From positions 1,144,761-1,208,760 of the forward strand of contig JABTUW010000004.1 of NCBI GenBank assembly GCA_015075185.1: a stretch of 64,000 nucleotides of DNA. Reading direction: 5' to 3'. Each line of letters begins with the position of its first letter. The first letter of the stretch is position 1. This DNA is from Anaerolineales bacterium. Lineage in GTDB: Bacteria; Chloroflexota; Anaerolineae; 4572-78; J111. Positions 1 through 9,019 of the stretch are shown one piece after another. Below the pieces are notes generated by a model. The model was given only the letters and a program-made list of their open reading frames with translations, searched no databases and was not told where the DNA came from. Made by a program: the position numbers and the translations under genes.

Positions 1-6
1 GCTTAG

Positions 7-1119
7 ATGTTAAAGAGACTGGTCCTGTTGGTGATAGCCACGCTGGGGCTGGGGTTGATTGCAGCCTGCGGCGCCGCGCCGACACCCGAAACGGTGACGG
101 TGGTCGAAACCGTCATTGTGGAAAAAGAGGTTGAGAAGATCGTCACGGTTGAGGTTCCGCCGGCGGCCCCAACCGAGGCGGCGGCCAAGCAACTTGTCGT
201 TTTTGGGGCCTATGCCACGGCCATTGAAGAGCCGTGGGACGGGGTCATCCATGCTGCCCTGAACAAGGCCAAGGATGAGGGCAAAATTGAGTACACCTAC
301 ACCGACGATATCGGCTACGCCGGCGACATGGAACGGGTGCTGCGCGAGGTCGCCGAGAACAACCAGCCCAACATCATCTTTGGCGATGCCTTTGGCAACG
401 AAGAGGCGGTGCGCCGCGTCGCCGCTGACTATCCTGACATCGCCTTTGTCTTTGGCTCCGGCGGCGGCCCGGCCGAGCCGAATTTCTCCGTGTTTGACAA
501 CTGGATTCACGAACCGGCCTACCTAAGCGGCATGCTGGCCGGCGGCCTGACCAAGAGCAACGTCATCGGCGTGGTCGGCGGCTTCCCCGTGCCCGAAGTG
601 AACCGCATCACCAATGCCTTTATCGCCGGAGCGACGGCGGTGAACCCGGAAGTGGATGTCAAAACCACCTTCATCAATAGCTGGTTCGATCCGGCGGCGG
701 CCAAAGAGGCGGCCCTGGCCCAAATTGACGCCGGGGCGGATGTCCTTTTTGCCGAGCGCTTTGGGGTTATCGAAGCGGCGGCGGAAAAAGGGCTGTACGC
801 TTTTGGCAACATGAGCGACCAGAAGGAGCTGGCCCCCGAAAATGTGGTCAGCGGCCCGGTCTGGAATATGAATCCGACCGTCGAGTATATCATCAACCAG
901 GTCGCCGGCGGAACTTACACCGCTCAGGACCTCAAGGATTTCAGCATGGTCGCCAAGGGAGGCGCGACCCTGGCCCCGGTTAACGAAGGGGTAGAGGGTG
1001 GCATTCCCAAAGAGCTGCTGGATCAGGTCAAAGCGAAAGAGCAGGAAATTGTCAGCGGCCTGTTCCGGGTGGATATTGACGAAGCGCCGCCACCGGCGTC
1101 GTCGAAAGCAGCCCAATAA
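7..1119 (+). CDS. BMP-family (PnrA/Med-like) ABC transporter substrate-binding lipoprotein
   Basis: 370-aa ORF. N-terminal signal with lipobox-like LIAAC, a Pro/Glu/Val-rich tether, then a BMP-type binding-protein body. First gene of an ABC importer set. Confidence 0.8.
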   Translation: MLKRLVLLVIATLGLGLIAACGAAPTPETVTVVETVIVEKEVEKIVTVEVPPAAPTEAAAKQLVVFGAYATAIEEPWDGVIHAALNKAKDEGKIEYTYTDDIGYAGDMERVLREVAENNQPNIIFGDAFGNEEAVRRVAADYPDIAFVFGSGGGPAEPNFSVFDNWIHEPAYLSGMLAGGLTKSNVIGVVGGFPVPEVNRITNAFIAGATAVNPEVDVKTTFINSWFDPAAAKEAALAQIDAGADVLFAERFGVIEAAAEKGLYAFGNMSDQKELAPENVVSGPVWNMNPTVEYIINQVAGGTYTAQDLKDFSMVAKGGATLAPVNEGVEGGIPKELLDQVKAKEQEIVSGLFRVDIDEAPPPASSKAAQ

Positions 1120-1148
1120 CGACCACAGACCGCGAACCCCCACCCAAA

Positions 1149-1171
1149 CCCTCCCCCTTCGAGGGGGAGGG
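1149..1171 (+). terminator. GC-rich hairpin after the binding-protein gene (CCCTCCCCC-ttcga-GGGGGAGGG)
   Basis: Perfect 9-bp stem about 30 nt after the stop at 1119. No clear T-tract, so possibly an attenuator or mRNA stabiliser rather than a full terminator. Confidence 0.3.
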
Positions 1172-1213
1172 CAGGAGGGGGTCGGTGGTTGGTCGTTTGC
1201 TTAAGGATTACCC

Positions 1214-2713
1214 GTGAACCACACCCATGCCGTCGAAATGCGGCAGATTACCAAACGATTTGGCCCGCTGGTTGCCAACGACCGGGTTGATTTTTGCCTG
1301 CGCCAGGGTGAAATCCACGCCTTGCTGGGCGAGAACGGCGCGGGCAAAAGCACGCTGATGCGCATTCTCTACGGCCTCTACCACGCCGACGAGGGCGAAA
1401 TCCTGGTTAACGGCCAGCCGGCCCCCATCAAGTCGCCCAAAGATGCGATTGGCCGGGGCATCGGCATGGTCACGCAGCACTTTGCCCTGGTGCCGCCGCT
1501 GACCGTGACCGAAAATATTGTCCTGGGCTACACCGGCGCGTTCCGGCTGGACCTGAAGGAAGCGCACCGGAAGGTCGCGGCGGCTTCGGCCCAGTACGGC
1601 ATCGAGGTGGAGCCAACGGCCCTGGTCAAAAATTTATCGGTGGGCCAGCGGCAGCGGGTCGAGATTTTGAAGGCGCTTTACCGCCAGGCCCGGGTGCTGA
1701 TCCTGGACGAGCCAACCGCCGTGCTGATTCCGCAGGAGGTGGAGCAGCTTTTTGCCACCTTGCAGCATTTGCAGCGGAGCGGCCTGTCGGTCATTTTTAT
1801 CAGCCACAAGCTCAACGAGGTCATGAACATTACCCAGCAGGTGACGGTGCTGCGCGGCGGCAAGGTCATCGGCTCGGTGACGACCAGCGAGACAACGCCG
1901 GCGCAGCTCGCCCGCATGATGGTCGGCCGCGAAACGTTCGGGGTGACGAAAGACCCTCCCGGCGACGCCGGAACGGCTAAGACCGCGCTGCAACTGGAGG
2001 GGGTCACGGCGCATGATAACCAGGGCCTGCCGGCGCTCAAAGGGATTAGTCTGGCCGTCCACGCTGAGGAAATTCTGGGGCTGGCCGGGGTGTCGGGTAA
2101 CGGGCAGAGCGAACTGGCCGAGGTTCTGGCCGGGACGCGCCGCTGCACCGGCGGGCGGGTCAGCGTGGCCGGGCGCGACCTGACGAATGCTGGCCCGGCG
2201 GAAATGATGGCCGCCGGGGTGGGCCGGATTCCGGAGGACCGCCACGCCAGCGTGGTCGGCGAGATGACGGTGGCCCAGAATATGGCCCTGGAACACCTGG
2301 ACAGCTTTGCCCCCAACGGCCTGCTGAAACGGCGGCAGATCCAGCAGCACGCCGAGAAGCTGATCGCCGCCTACCAGATCAAGGCCGCGCCGGGCGACAA
2401 AATCCGCACGCTGTCGGGCGGCAACATGCAAAAGGTCATTCTGGCCCGCGTCTTTGAGCAAAACCCGCAGGTAATTGTCGTTGCCCAGCCGACGCGCGGC
2501 CTCGACGTGGGCGCGACCGAGTACGTGCGCGGCAAGCTGCTGGAGCAGCGCGACCGGGGCGCGGCTATTCTGCTCATCTCCGAGGATCTGGACGAGATTC
2601 TGGAGCTGTCGGACCGCATCGCCGTGATTTACGAGGGCGAGATTATGGGCATCCTCCCGGCGGCGGAGGCGGATACGGAGCGGCTGGGATTGTTGATGGC
2701 CGGGGTGAGGTGA
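1214..2713 (+). CDS. ABC transporter ATP-binding protein with two tandem nucleotide-binding domains
   Basis: 499 aa with a GTG start. First NBD has GENGAGKST, LSVGQRQR and LILDEPT. The second NBD has LSGGNMQK. Confidence 0.9.
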   Translation: MNHTHAVEMRQITKRFGPLVANDRVDFCLRQGEIHALLGENGAGKSTLMRILYGLYHADEGEILVNGQPAPIKSPKDAIGRGIGMVTQHFALVPPLTVTENIVLGYTGAFRLDLKEAHRKVAAASAQYGIEVEPTALVKNLSVGQRQRVEILKALYRQARVLILDEPTAVLIPQEVEQLFATLQHLQRSGLSVIFISHKLNEVMNITQQVTVLRGGKVIGSVTTSETTPAQLARMMVGRETFGVTKDPPGDAGTAKTALQLEGVTAHDNQGLPALKGISLAVHAEEILGLAGVSGNGQSELAEVLAGTRRCTGGRVSVAGRDLTNAGPAEMMAAGVGRIPEDRHASVVGEMTVAQNMALEHLDSFAPNGLLKRRQIQQHAEKLIAAYQIKAAPGDKIRTLSGGNMQKVILARVFEQNPQVIVVAQPTRGLDVGATEYVRGKLLEQRDRGAAILLISEDLDEILELSDRIAVIYEGEIMGILPAAEADTERLGLLMAGVR

Positions 2714-2842
2714 TTAATCTTTGACTTTTGGGCTTAAAAAGTTGTTAGATCGCCAAGAAACAAGTTGCTCCATTTAGTTTTATGCTCTCAGATTTTCCTA
2801 AAAACCGTGATCTCTAGCCGTATAATGAGATAGGCCTAATGG

Positions 2843-4219
2843 TTGAAGGCAATGGACCAAAACTATAATTGGAAGAATATCCGCACTTTACTTACTGAGG
2901 GATTTACCGCTGAAGAACTGCGTCGTTTCTGTTTTGATGAGGGCAACTTTAGGGCTGTTTATAATAAGTTGACGCAGGATACTGGTAAAGATAAGATTAT
3001 TGACTTACTTTTAGACTACGCTAACCAAAAATTGCAGACTGAAATTCTTTTAATCTGGGCTAAAGAACATAACCCTATAAGATACGAAAAATATCAACCT
3101 TACTATGACATCACTATTAACCCTACTATATCTACTGATGTCAACAGAAAACCTCAAAAAACTGTATTTATCAGTTATGGACACGAGGATGTAGAAGCAG
3201 CTAGACGCCTATATCAAGAGCTTAAGGCGGAAAAAGGGATAGAACCTTGGTTTGATAAGGAGAATCTCCTGCCCGGCATGAAATGGGAGCCTGCAATAAG
3301 GAAGGCAATCCGTGAGGCAGATTTCTTCATAGTTCTTCTATCCAAGAACTCAACATCGAGAAAAGGATATATTAACAGCGAATTACACACCGCGTTAGAA
3401 ATTCTTAAACAATTTCCAGATGATCAGATCTACCTTATTCCGATTCGTTTGGACGAATGTGAAATACACATCGAGGATTTGAGAGATATACAGCATGTTG
3501 ATTTCTTTCCAGATTGGAAGAAGGGGCTGGAGCGTATACGTGTGGTCATCAAGTCCCGAATTCCTATAGAGAAGCCAGAGGGGGAAAAAATGGAAACCAA
3601 TTCTTCGGGATTGGGCTACCATTACAGAGTGGGCATTGTTGATCTTGATATTGGCCTCACCAATCTTTTTCAGTTAGCACAACGGTTGAATACCATACAG
3701 AATTACTTTCACTTTACCTGCCCAACTCTTCCATCAATTACAAATGCAGTTCGAGAAATTGAAGGACAACGGAATCTTGATGTCCACCAAGTGCCCGATA
3801 ATTTTTACGAAGAGCATCAGTATTTAAGCGTTGATTTAATTGCTTGCTTAACCAAATACCCTCTTGCGTTTCGAGAGAATGGTAAGCTTTTATCAAACTA
3901 CTTCTCAGGCCCAGGTGAGAAAGATGACCGCTTCATGTTCATTTCAACTCATCTACTTTATGAATTGATCAGACTAGCAGGTTGCACATTTGAGAAAGGC
4001 ATTATCTACATTATCATATCTCAGTTAGTTGTGTATTTTACTGATTGGGGATACCACGATGCAACCCTTGGTTGTGTCATGGATTTCTGCGAAAACCGTT
4101 GGGATATGGTGGAAGGGCTTAAATCAATGAGGTTCTGTGATGGGTGCAAAGTTATGATTCAAAATCCAGACTTGGAAAAAGCACTTAATAGAATGCTTCT
4201 AGATGATATGAGGCTATAG
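2843..4219 (+). CDS. Three-part protein: helical adaptor-like N-domain, TIR domain, uncharacterised Cys-containing C-domain
   Basis: 458 aa in an AT-rich stretch. aa ~106-235 (VFISYGHEDVEAARRLYQEL...PGMKWEPAIRKAIREADFFIVLLSKNS...NSELHTALE) is a TIR_2-like motif set. aa ~10-80 (FTAEELRRFCFDEG...IIDLLLDYA) resembles effector-associated/death-like adaptor helices. aa ~250-458 match no family I recognise and end in FCDGC. TTG at 2843 or ATG at 2852 could be the start. Confidence 0.75.
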   Translation: MKAMDQNYNWKNIRTLLTEGFTAEELRRFCFDEGNFRAVYNKLTQDTGKDKIIDLLLDYANQKLQTEILLIWAKEHNPIRYEKYQPYYDITINPTISTDVNRKPQKTVFISYGHEDVEAARRLYQELKAEKGIEPWFDKENLLPGMKWEPAIRKAIREADFFIVLLSKNSTSRKGYINSELHTALEILKQFPDDQIYLIPIRLDECEIHIEDLRDIQHVDFFPDWKKGLERIRVVIKSRIPIEKPEGEKMETNSSGLGYHYRVGIVDLDIGLTNLFQLAQRLNTIQNYFHFTCPTLPSITNAVREIEGQRNLDVHQVPDNFYEEHQYLSVDLIACLTKYPLAFRENGKLLSNYFSGPGEKDDRFMFISTHLLYELIRLAGCTFEKGIIYIIISQLVVYFTDWGYHDATLGCVMDFCENRWDMVEGLKSMRFCDGCKVMIQNPDLEKALNRMLLDDMRL

Positions 4220-4251
4220 TCAAGTAGCAAAATCTTGAGCCGAGTTAAATT

Positions 4252-4569
4252 ATGATAAAAATACCAGTCCAAACGAAAAAAGAAATTCTTGCGCTTATCC
4301 AGGCAAATCAAGAAAGCATTAAGACCTTTGGGGTGAAGAAACTCGGCTTGTTTGGTTCTTTTATGCGCAATCAGCAACGCAGTGAGAGCGATATTGATTT
4401 ACTGGTCGAATTTGAGCCGGGCCAGAAGAGCTTTGATAACTTTATGCAGCTCTCATTTTTGCTGGAAGATATTCTCCAACGGCCTGTGGAATTGGTGACG
4501 CTCGAGTCGCTCAGTCCCTACATTGCCCCTTATATTACCCAAGAGGTAGAGTATGTTATCTCCGCTTGA
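4252..4569 (+). CDS. MntA-type minimal nucleotidyltransferase (type VII toxin-antitoxin antitoxin family), apparently orphan
   Basis: 105 aa with the GLFGSFMRNQQRSESDIDLLVEF (GSxxRG...DxD) NTase motif. No intact HepT/DUF86 partner follows. Confidence 0.8.
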   Translation: MIKIPVQTKKEILALIQANQESIKTFGVKKLGLFGSFMRNQQRSESDIDLLVEFEPGQKSFDNFMQLSFLLEDILQRPVELVTLESLSPYIAPYITQEVEYVISA

Positions 4570-4586
4570 GTACCTGAGATTAAACA

Positions 4587-5027
4587 ATGCGCAAAGGCAT
4601 CGAAATCGAGGAACTGCGCCCCGGCAGCGGGCCGACCGCCGAACGAGGCCAGACCGCCACCATTCGCTACACCGGCTTCTTGAATCACGGGGATAAATTC
4701 CAGGAGAACGTTACCTGCACCTTCCGGGTGGGCAGCCGGGAGGTGATTCTCGGCCTGGCCTATGGCGTCGAGGGGATGCGGGTGGGCGGATTGCGGCGGG
4801 TGCGGGTCAGTCCGCACCTGGCTTATGGTTCGGCGGGCGTTTCCGGCCTGATCCCGGCGAACGCCGTGCTGATTTTTGAGATTGAGCTGCTCGAAGTATC
4901 GGACGCTGGGCAGCGGCATAGCATGGACCAAATGGAACAAAGCCATGCCGAAGGTTATGCTCAACACCCGGTTGAGCCGGGCGAGTTCGACGCCTGGGAA
5001 ACCGAACAAACCTGGGACGAAGAATGA
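4587..5027 (+). CDS. FKBP-type peptidyl-prolyl cis-trans isomerase with acidic C-terminal tail
   Basis: 146 aa. RYTGFL..G.KF, GLAYGVEGMRVGG.RRV.V.P.LAYG and LIFEIELLEV are FKBP_C hallmarks. High GC resumes exactly here. Confidence 0.85.
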   Translation: MRKGIEIEELRPGSGPTAERGQTATIRYTGFLNHGDKFQENVTCTFRVGSREVILGLAYGVEGMRVGGLRRVRVSPHLAYGSAGVSGLIPANAVLIFEIELLEVSDAGQRHSMDQMEQSHAEGYAQHPVEPGEFDAWETEQTWDEE

Positions 5028-5923
5028 TTCTTGTCACCGGCGGCGGCGGATTGATTGGGAGACGGGTCTGCGGGTTGTTAGCGGCCCACGGCTATGAGGT
5101 CGTCGCGGTTGATCGCAACAGGATTACCGGCCTGCCCTGCCAAACGGTCCAGGGCGATTTGACCAGCCAGGCGTTCCTGAATGAATTATTCCGCGGCTAT
5201 TCCTTTGCAGCCGTCGTCCATCTGGCCTCGCTGCTGAACACGGCTTCGCAAAAGCAGCCGCAAGAGGCGATGCGGGTGAATATCGGCGGCAGTCTTGGCT
5301 TGCTGGAGGCGGCGGCTCAAGCCCGTGTCCCAAAATTCATTTACGGCAGTTCCATCAGCGCCTACGGCTCAAAACCTTATGCCCAATATGGCGAGGTGGC
5401 GGAGTCCGAGCCAGCCTCGCCGGAAGATGTCTACGGCCTCTGCAAACGCTATGTTGAAATTGTAGGGGAGAGTTACCGGCAGCAACACGGGATGCAGTTT
5501 GTGGCTTTGCGCATTGCCTCGGTCATCAGCCCGGGAGCGATGCAGACTGCCTCGCCGTGGCGCTACGAGATTTTTGAAAAACTGAGGGTAAACCGGCCGG
5601 CCCCCATCCACTTTCCTTACCAGGCCGGCCAGAGATTTCCCCTGATTTACCTGGACGATGTGGCCGAAGTTATCAGGAGGTTCGTCGCCGAAACCCGGAT
5701 CGCCGAGACCATTTATAACACCCCCGCCGAAAATTGGCGTTTTGGCGAACTGGCGACCTATCTCCAAACGCTCAACAGCCAGATCGAATTTACTTATGGC
5801 TCGACGCCGGCGAGCGGTCTGCCGGAGGCAATCAACGGCTGCCGTTTTATCCATGAATTTGGCTTCAGCCCAATCCCGGTGAAGGAACGTCTGCGCTGCT
5901 TTCTCGAAGGGGGCGGCAATTAA
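5024..5923 (+). CDS. NAD-dependent epimerase/dehydratase family protein
   Basis: 299 aa. N-terminal Rossmann motif ILVTGGGGLIGRRV and catalytic YGLCK (YxxxK). ATGA overlap with the FKBP gene. Confidence 0.8.
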   Translation: MILVTGGGGLIGRRVCGLLAAHGYEVVAVDRNRITGLPCQTVQGDLTSQAFLNELFRGYSFAAVVHLASLLNTASQKQPQEAMRVNIGGSLGLLEAAAQARVPKFIYGSSISAYGSKPYAQYGEVAESEPASPEDVYGLCKRYVEIVGESYRQQHGMQFVALRIASVISPGAMQTASPWRYEIFEKLRVNRPAPIHFPYQAGQRFPLIYLDDVAEVIRRFVAETRIAETIYNTPAENWRFGELATYLQTLNSQIEFTYGSTPASGLPEAINGCRFIHEFGFSPIPVKERLRCFLEGGGN

Positions 5924-6003
5924 CCTTCCTGCCAATCACTTATTACTGTGATGCAGAAGGTTATCAGTGACAATATATTTGTACGCAACATCCTGGAATT
6001 TTT

Positions 6004-6828
6004 ATGCATCCGAAAATCACGCCAGGCGAACTCAGGCAGAGAATTAAAGAGCTGGAAAAGGAAAATCTCGACCTCAAAAACGAAGTCGAGGTTCTGCGGG
6101 AGGCCGCCGAAAAATATCAAACGATCTTTGAGACGGTCCCGACCTCGATCCAGGTGGTAGATAAAAACGGGATCATCGTCGAGGTCAACCCTTACCACCT
6201 TCGACAAATGGGTCGGGGCAAAACAACCAAACAGGACTATTTAAACCAACATATTTTGGACCGCCCCAGCATCGTTCGAGCCGGATTAATCGAAAAATAC
6301 AGGCGCGTGCTTGCCGGAGAAAAGATGGAGGAGTGGGAAGTCCATTTCCCCGTCACCAGCGGCGGCGTTAAAGACGCCTATTCCAACATTAGAGGAGCGC
6401 CCATTATACGGGATGGAGAAATTATTGGGGCGATTTTTATCTCAGAAGATGTGACGCAGCTCAAACAGGACCACGAAGAGTTAATCCGGCATCGCGAAAA
6501 ACTTGAAGAGTTGGTAGCGGCGCGGACCCAAGATTTGCAGGAGGCCTATCTCCAATTGCGAGAAGAGAATGCAGAACGCCGCAAAGCCGAAGAAGAAAAA
6601 GAAAAAATAATCGTCCAGCTTCAAGAAGCCCTGGCCAGAGTCAAAACATTGAGCGGCCTGCTGCCGATTTGCGCTTCGTGCAAAAAAATTCGGGATGATG
6701 ACGGCTATTGGTACCAGGTAGAAGTCTATATCAGAGACCATGCCGAGGTGGAATTTAGTCACAGCATCTGCCCCGAGTGTGTGAAAAAGTTATATCCAGA
6801 ATTTTATTCCGGCAGTGAAAAGCAATAA
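6004..6828 (+). CDS. PAS-domain sensor protein with coiled coils and a Cys-rich C-terminal module
   Basis: 274 aa: N-terminal coiled coil, PAS core (ETVPTSIQVVDKNGIIVEVNP...GAIFISEDVTQLK), second coiled coil, then LSGLLPICASCKKIRDDDGYWYQVEVYIRDHAEVEFSHSICPECVKKLYPE. Confidence 0.7.
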   Translation: MHPKITPGELRQRIKELEKENLDLKNEVEVLREAAEKYQTIFETVPTSIQVVDKNGIIVEVNPYHLRQMGRGKTTKQDYLNQHILDRPSIVRAGLIEKYRRVLAGEKMEEWEVHFPVTSGGVKDAYSNIRGAPIIRDGEIIGAIFISEDVTQLKQDHEELIRHREKLEELVAARTQDLQEAYLQLREENAERRKAEEEKEKIIVQLQEALARVKTLSGLLPICASCKKIRDDDGYWYQVEVYIRDHAEVEFSHSICPECVKKLYPEFYSGSEKQ

Positions 6829-6856
6829 ATTAAATCCTGCTTGAGGAGATTGATGG

Positions 6857-7912
6857 ATGAGCCTGAAAATCGAGCGTCTCCCCGCGCCGGTATGGGTGCG
6901 CCCGCTCATTCCGGTGGCGGCCATTATCGTGACGTTTTTGCTCACGGCCACGCTGGTGATGCTGGTCAAGGCCAACCCGCTGGAAGCTTATTATTACTTC
7001 CTGGTTGACCCGCTCTCCAGCCGGGTCAGCGCCATCGAGGTGCTGGTCAAGGCCACGCCGCTGCTGCTGACCGGCGCCGCCGTGACCTTTGCCTTTGCCG
7101 GCGGCTACTGGAACATCGGCGCGGAGGGACAGCTTTACGCCGGGGCCGTTGCCGCTACGGCGGTTGGCTTGCAGGTGCATGGCCTCTCGCCCTGGCTGGC
7201 CATTCCGGCCATGCTGATCGGCGGGTTTGCCGCAGGAATGCTTTGGGCCTTAATCCCGGCTTTAATGAAGATCAAATTAGCCATTGACGAGGTGGTGACG
7301 ACGTTATTACTCAATTCGGTGGCGCTGTTCGTTGTCAGTTTTCTGCTCAACGGCCTCTGGCGCAATCCCATCTCGCAGTGGCCGCAGTCGCCGGAGATCG
7401 CCCCGGCGGCGATTTTTCCCAAGCTCATTCCGCGCTCCCGGCTGCACCTGGGCTTTATCCTGGCAGTGATTATCATCGTCGTGCTGTGGTTTGTGCTGAC
7501 CCGCACCGCCTTTGGCATGCGCATGCGGGCGGTCGGCCTCGGGCCGGAAGCGGCCCGTTTTGCCGGGATCAACGTAGGCCGGACCATGCTCATTTCGGCC
7601 CTGGTCAGCGGCGGTATCGCCGGGCTGGCCGGCGTCAGCGAGGTGGCCGGGATCCATTATCACCTGATTGACGCCATTTCGCCGGGTTACGGCTATACCG
7701 GCATCATCATCGCCACCCTGGGCACGTTGAATGCCTGGGGCGTCGCCCTGGCGGCGCTGTTCATCGGTCTGATTGACACCGGCGCTCAGACGGTCAGCCG
7801 GGCGCTGGGTGTGCCTGCTTATCTCGGCGATGTGATCCAGGCGGCGCTGTTATTAGTCACGCTGGGGATGTTGTTATTGCAGAGTTACCGGATTCGCTGG
7901 AGAAGGAACTGA
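6857..7912 (+). CDS. ABC transporter permease (BMP/nucleoside importer type)
   Basis: 351-aa polytopic membrane protein of the BPD_transp_2 type. Matches the SBP and ATPase genes at 7-2713. Confidence 0.85.
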   Translation: MSLKIERLPAPVWVRPLIPVAAIIVTFLLTATLVMLVKANPLEAYYYFLVDPLSSRVSAIEVLVKATPLLLTGAAVTFAFAGGYWNIGAEGQLYAGAVAATAVGLQVHGLSPWLAIPAMLIGGFAAGMLWALIPALMKIKLAIDEVVTTLLLNSVALFVVSFLLNGLWRNPISQWPQSPEIAPAAIFPKLIPRSRLHLGFILAVIIIVVLWFVLTRTAFGMRMRAVGLGPEAARFAGINVGRTMLISALVSGGIAGLAGVSEVAGIHYHLIDAISPGYGYTGIIIATLGTLNAWGVALAALFIGLIDTGAQTVSRALGVPAYLGDVIQAALLLVTLGMLLLQSYRIRWRRN

Positions 7913-7936
7913 GGAGAAAAGTTTCCTCATTCTATA

Positions 7937-8005
7937 TGTCATTTCGACCGAAGGGAGAAATCCCTACCGAGTCTCGGGGGATTTCTCCCTTCGGTCGAAA
8001 TGACA
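7937..8005. repeat. Perfect 28-bp-arm inverted repeat between the two permease genes
   Basis: TGTCATTTCGACCGAAGGGAGAAATCCC (7937-7964) is the exact reverse complement of 7978-8005. The 13-nt loop is itself partly palindromic (ccgag-t-ctcgg). Confidence 0.9.
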
Positions 8006-8068
8006 GGCGGGAAATAATTCTTTCACAGGCCCCTAATTCCTACTCTTCCTGAAATTGGTGATTGACCT

Positions 8069-9016
8069 ATGGATCTCACTTTATTCCTAACCTTCCTCGT
8101 CGGTCTCATTGCCGCGACGCTGCGGGTGGCGACGCCGCTGGTTTACGCGACCATTGGCGAAGTCTATACCGAACGCGCCGGGATTTTGAATTTGGGTATT
8201 GAAGGGATTATGTTCTTGGGCGCGTTTATTGGCTTTGCCACAGCCTACAAGGCCAATGAGGCCGGCCTTGGCGGCTATTTGTGGCTGGGGCTGCTCGGCG
8301 CGTTGACGAGCGGGGTAGTAATGAGCCTGCTGATGGGCTTTTTCAGCGTGACGTTGGGGGTCAACCAGCACGTCTCCGGGCTGGGGATTACCTTGCTGAG
8401 TATGGGGCTGTCGCTGTTTGGGTTCCGGCTGGTTTTCGGCGAGAGTTCCGTTCTGCCTTCAATTGACCCGTTTGCCCAATTCTCGGTTTTTGGCAACCTG
8501 CCGGGGCTTGGCCCGATATTTAACCAATACCTGCTGACCTATATCGCCTTCATTGTCCTCGTCCCGCTGGCCTGGTGGATTTTGTATCATACCAGTTTTG
8601 GGCTGCAACTGCGCTCCGTGGGCGAAAATCCTGAAGCCGCCGACGCCGCCGGAGTTAATGTGTTTCGCACCCGTTACCTGGCCCTGGTCATCGGGGGGGC
8701 GTTGATGGCCGCAGGCGGGGCGTTCCTGTCGCTGGCGCAGTTGGGCGCGTTTTCGCCGGGGATTATCGCCGGGCGGGGCTGGGTTTGCATCGCCCTGGTC
8801 ATCTTTGCCAACTGGAACCCGGTGCGGGCCATGGGGGGCGCGCTCCTCTTCGGTGGGGTTGCTGCCTTGCAGCTTCGCCTGCAAACCACCGGCCTGAATT
8901 TACCCTACGAGGTCTTTCTGGCCCTGCCCTACCTGGCCACGATTATCGCCCTGGCCATCGCCGGACGCAACGCGGCCTATCCGGGGGCGTATCTCAAGCC
9001 GTACCGGCGGGAATAA
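8069..9016 (+). CDS. ABC transporter permease (second permease of the BMP importer)
   Basis: 315-aa polytopic membrane protein, paralogous in type to 6857-7912. Confidence 0.85.
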   Translation: MDLTLFLTFLVGLIAATLRVATPLVYATIGEVYTERAGILNLGIEGIMFLGAFIGFATAYKANEAGLGGYLWLGLLGALTSGVVMSLLMGFFSVTLGVNQHVSGLGITLLSMGLSLFGFRLVFGESSVLPSIDPFAQFSVFGNLPGLGPIFNQYLLTYIAFIVLVPLAWWILYHTSFGLQLRSVGENPEAADAAGVNVFRTRYLALVIGGALMAAGGAFLSLAQLGAFSPGIIAGRGWVCIALVIFANWNPVRAMGGALLFGGVAALQLRLQTTGLNLPYEVFLALPYLATIIALAIAGRNAAYPGAYLKPYRRE

Positions 9017-9019
9017 ACT

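Noticed and set aside
10-2619. Long antisense and out-of-frame ORFs over the BMP binding-protein and ATPase genes (e.g. 10-510, 523-1143, 1634-2461, 1678-2316), and similar ones throughout the window.
   Set aside because: They are typical high-GC shadow ORFs: Arg/Gly/Ala/Pro-rich, with no motifs, and fully overlapped by ORFs carrying clear family signatures.
2714-4580. Whether to call the AT-rich TIR/MntA islet a mobile element.
   Set aside because: I found no integrase, transposase, tRNA target or flanking direct repeats. Only the compositional break and the truncated HepT start suggest horizontal origin, so it is reported as a finding rather than a mobile_element feature.
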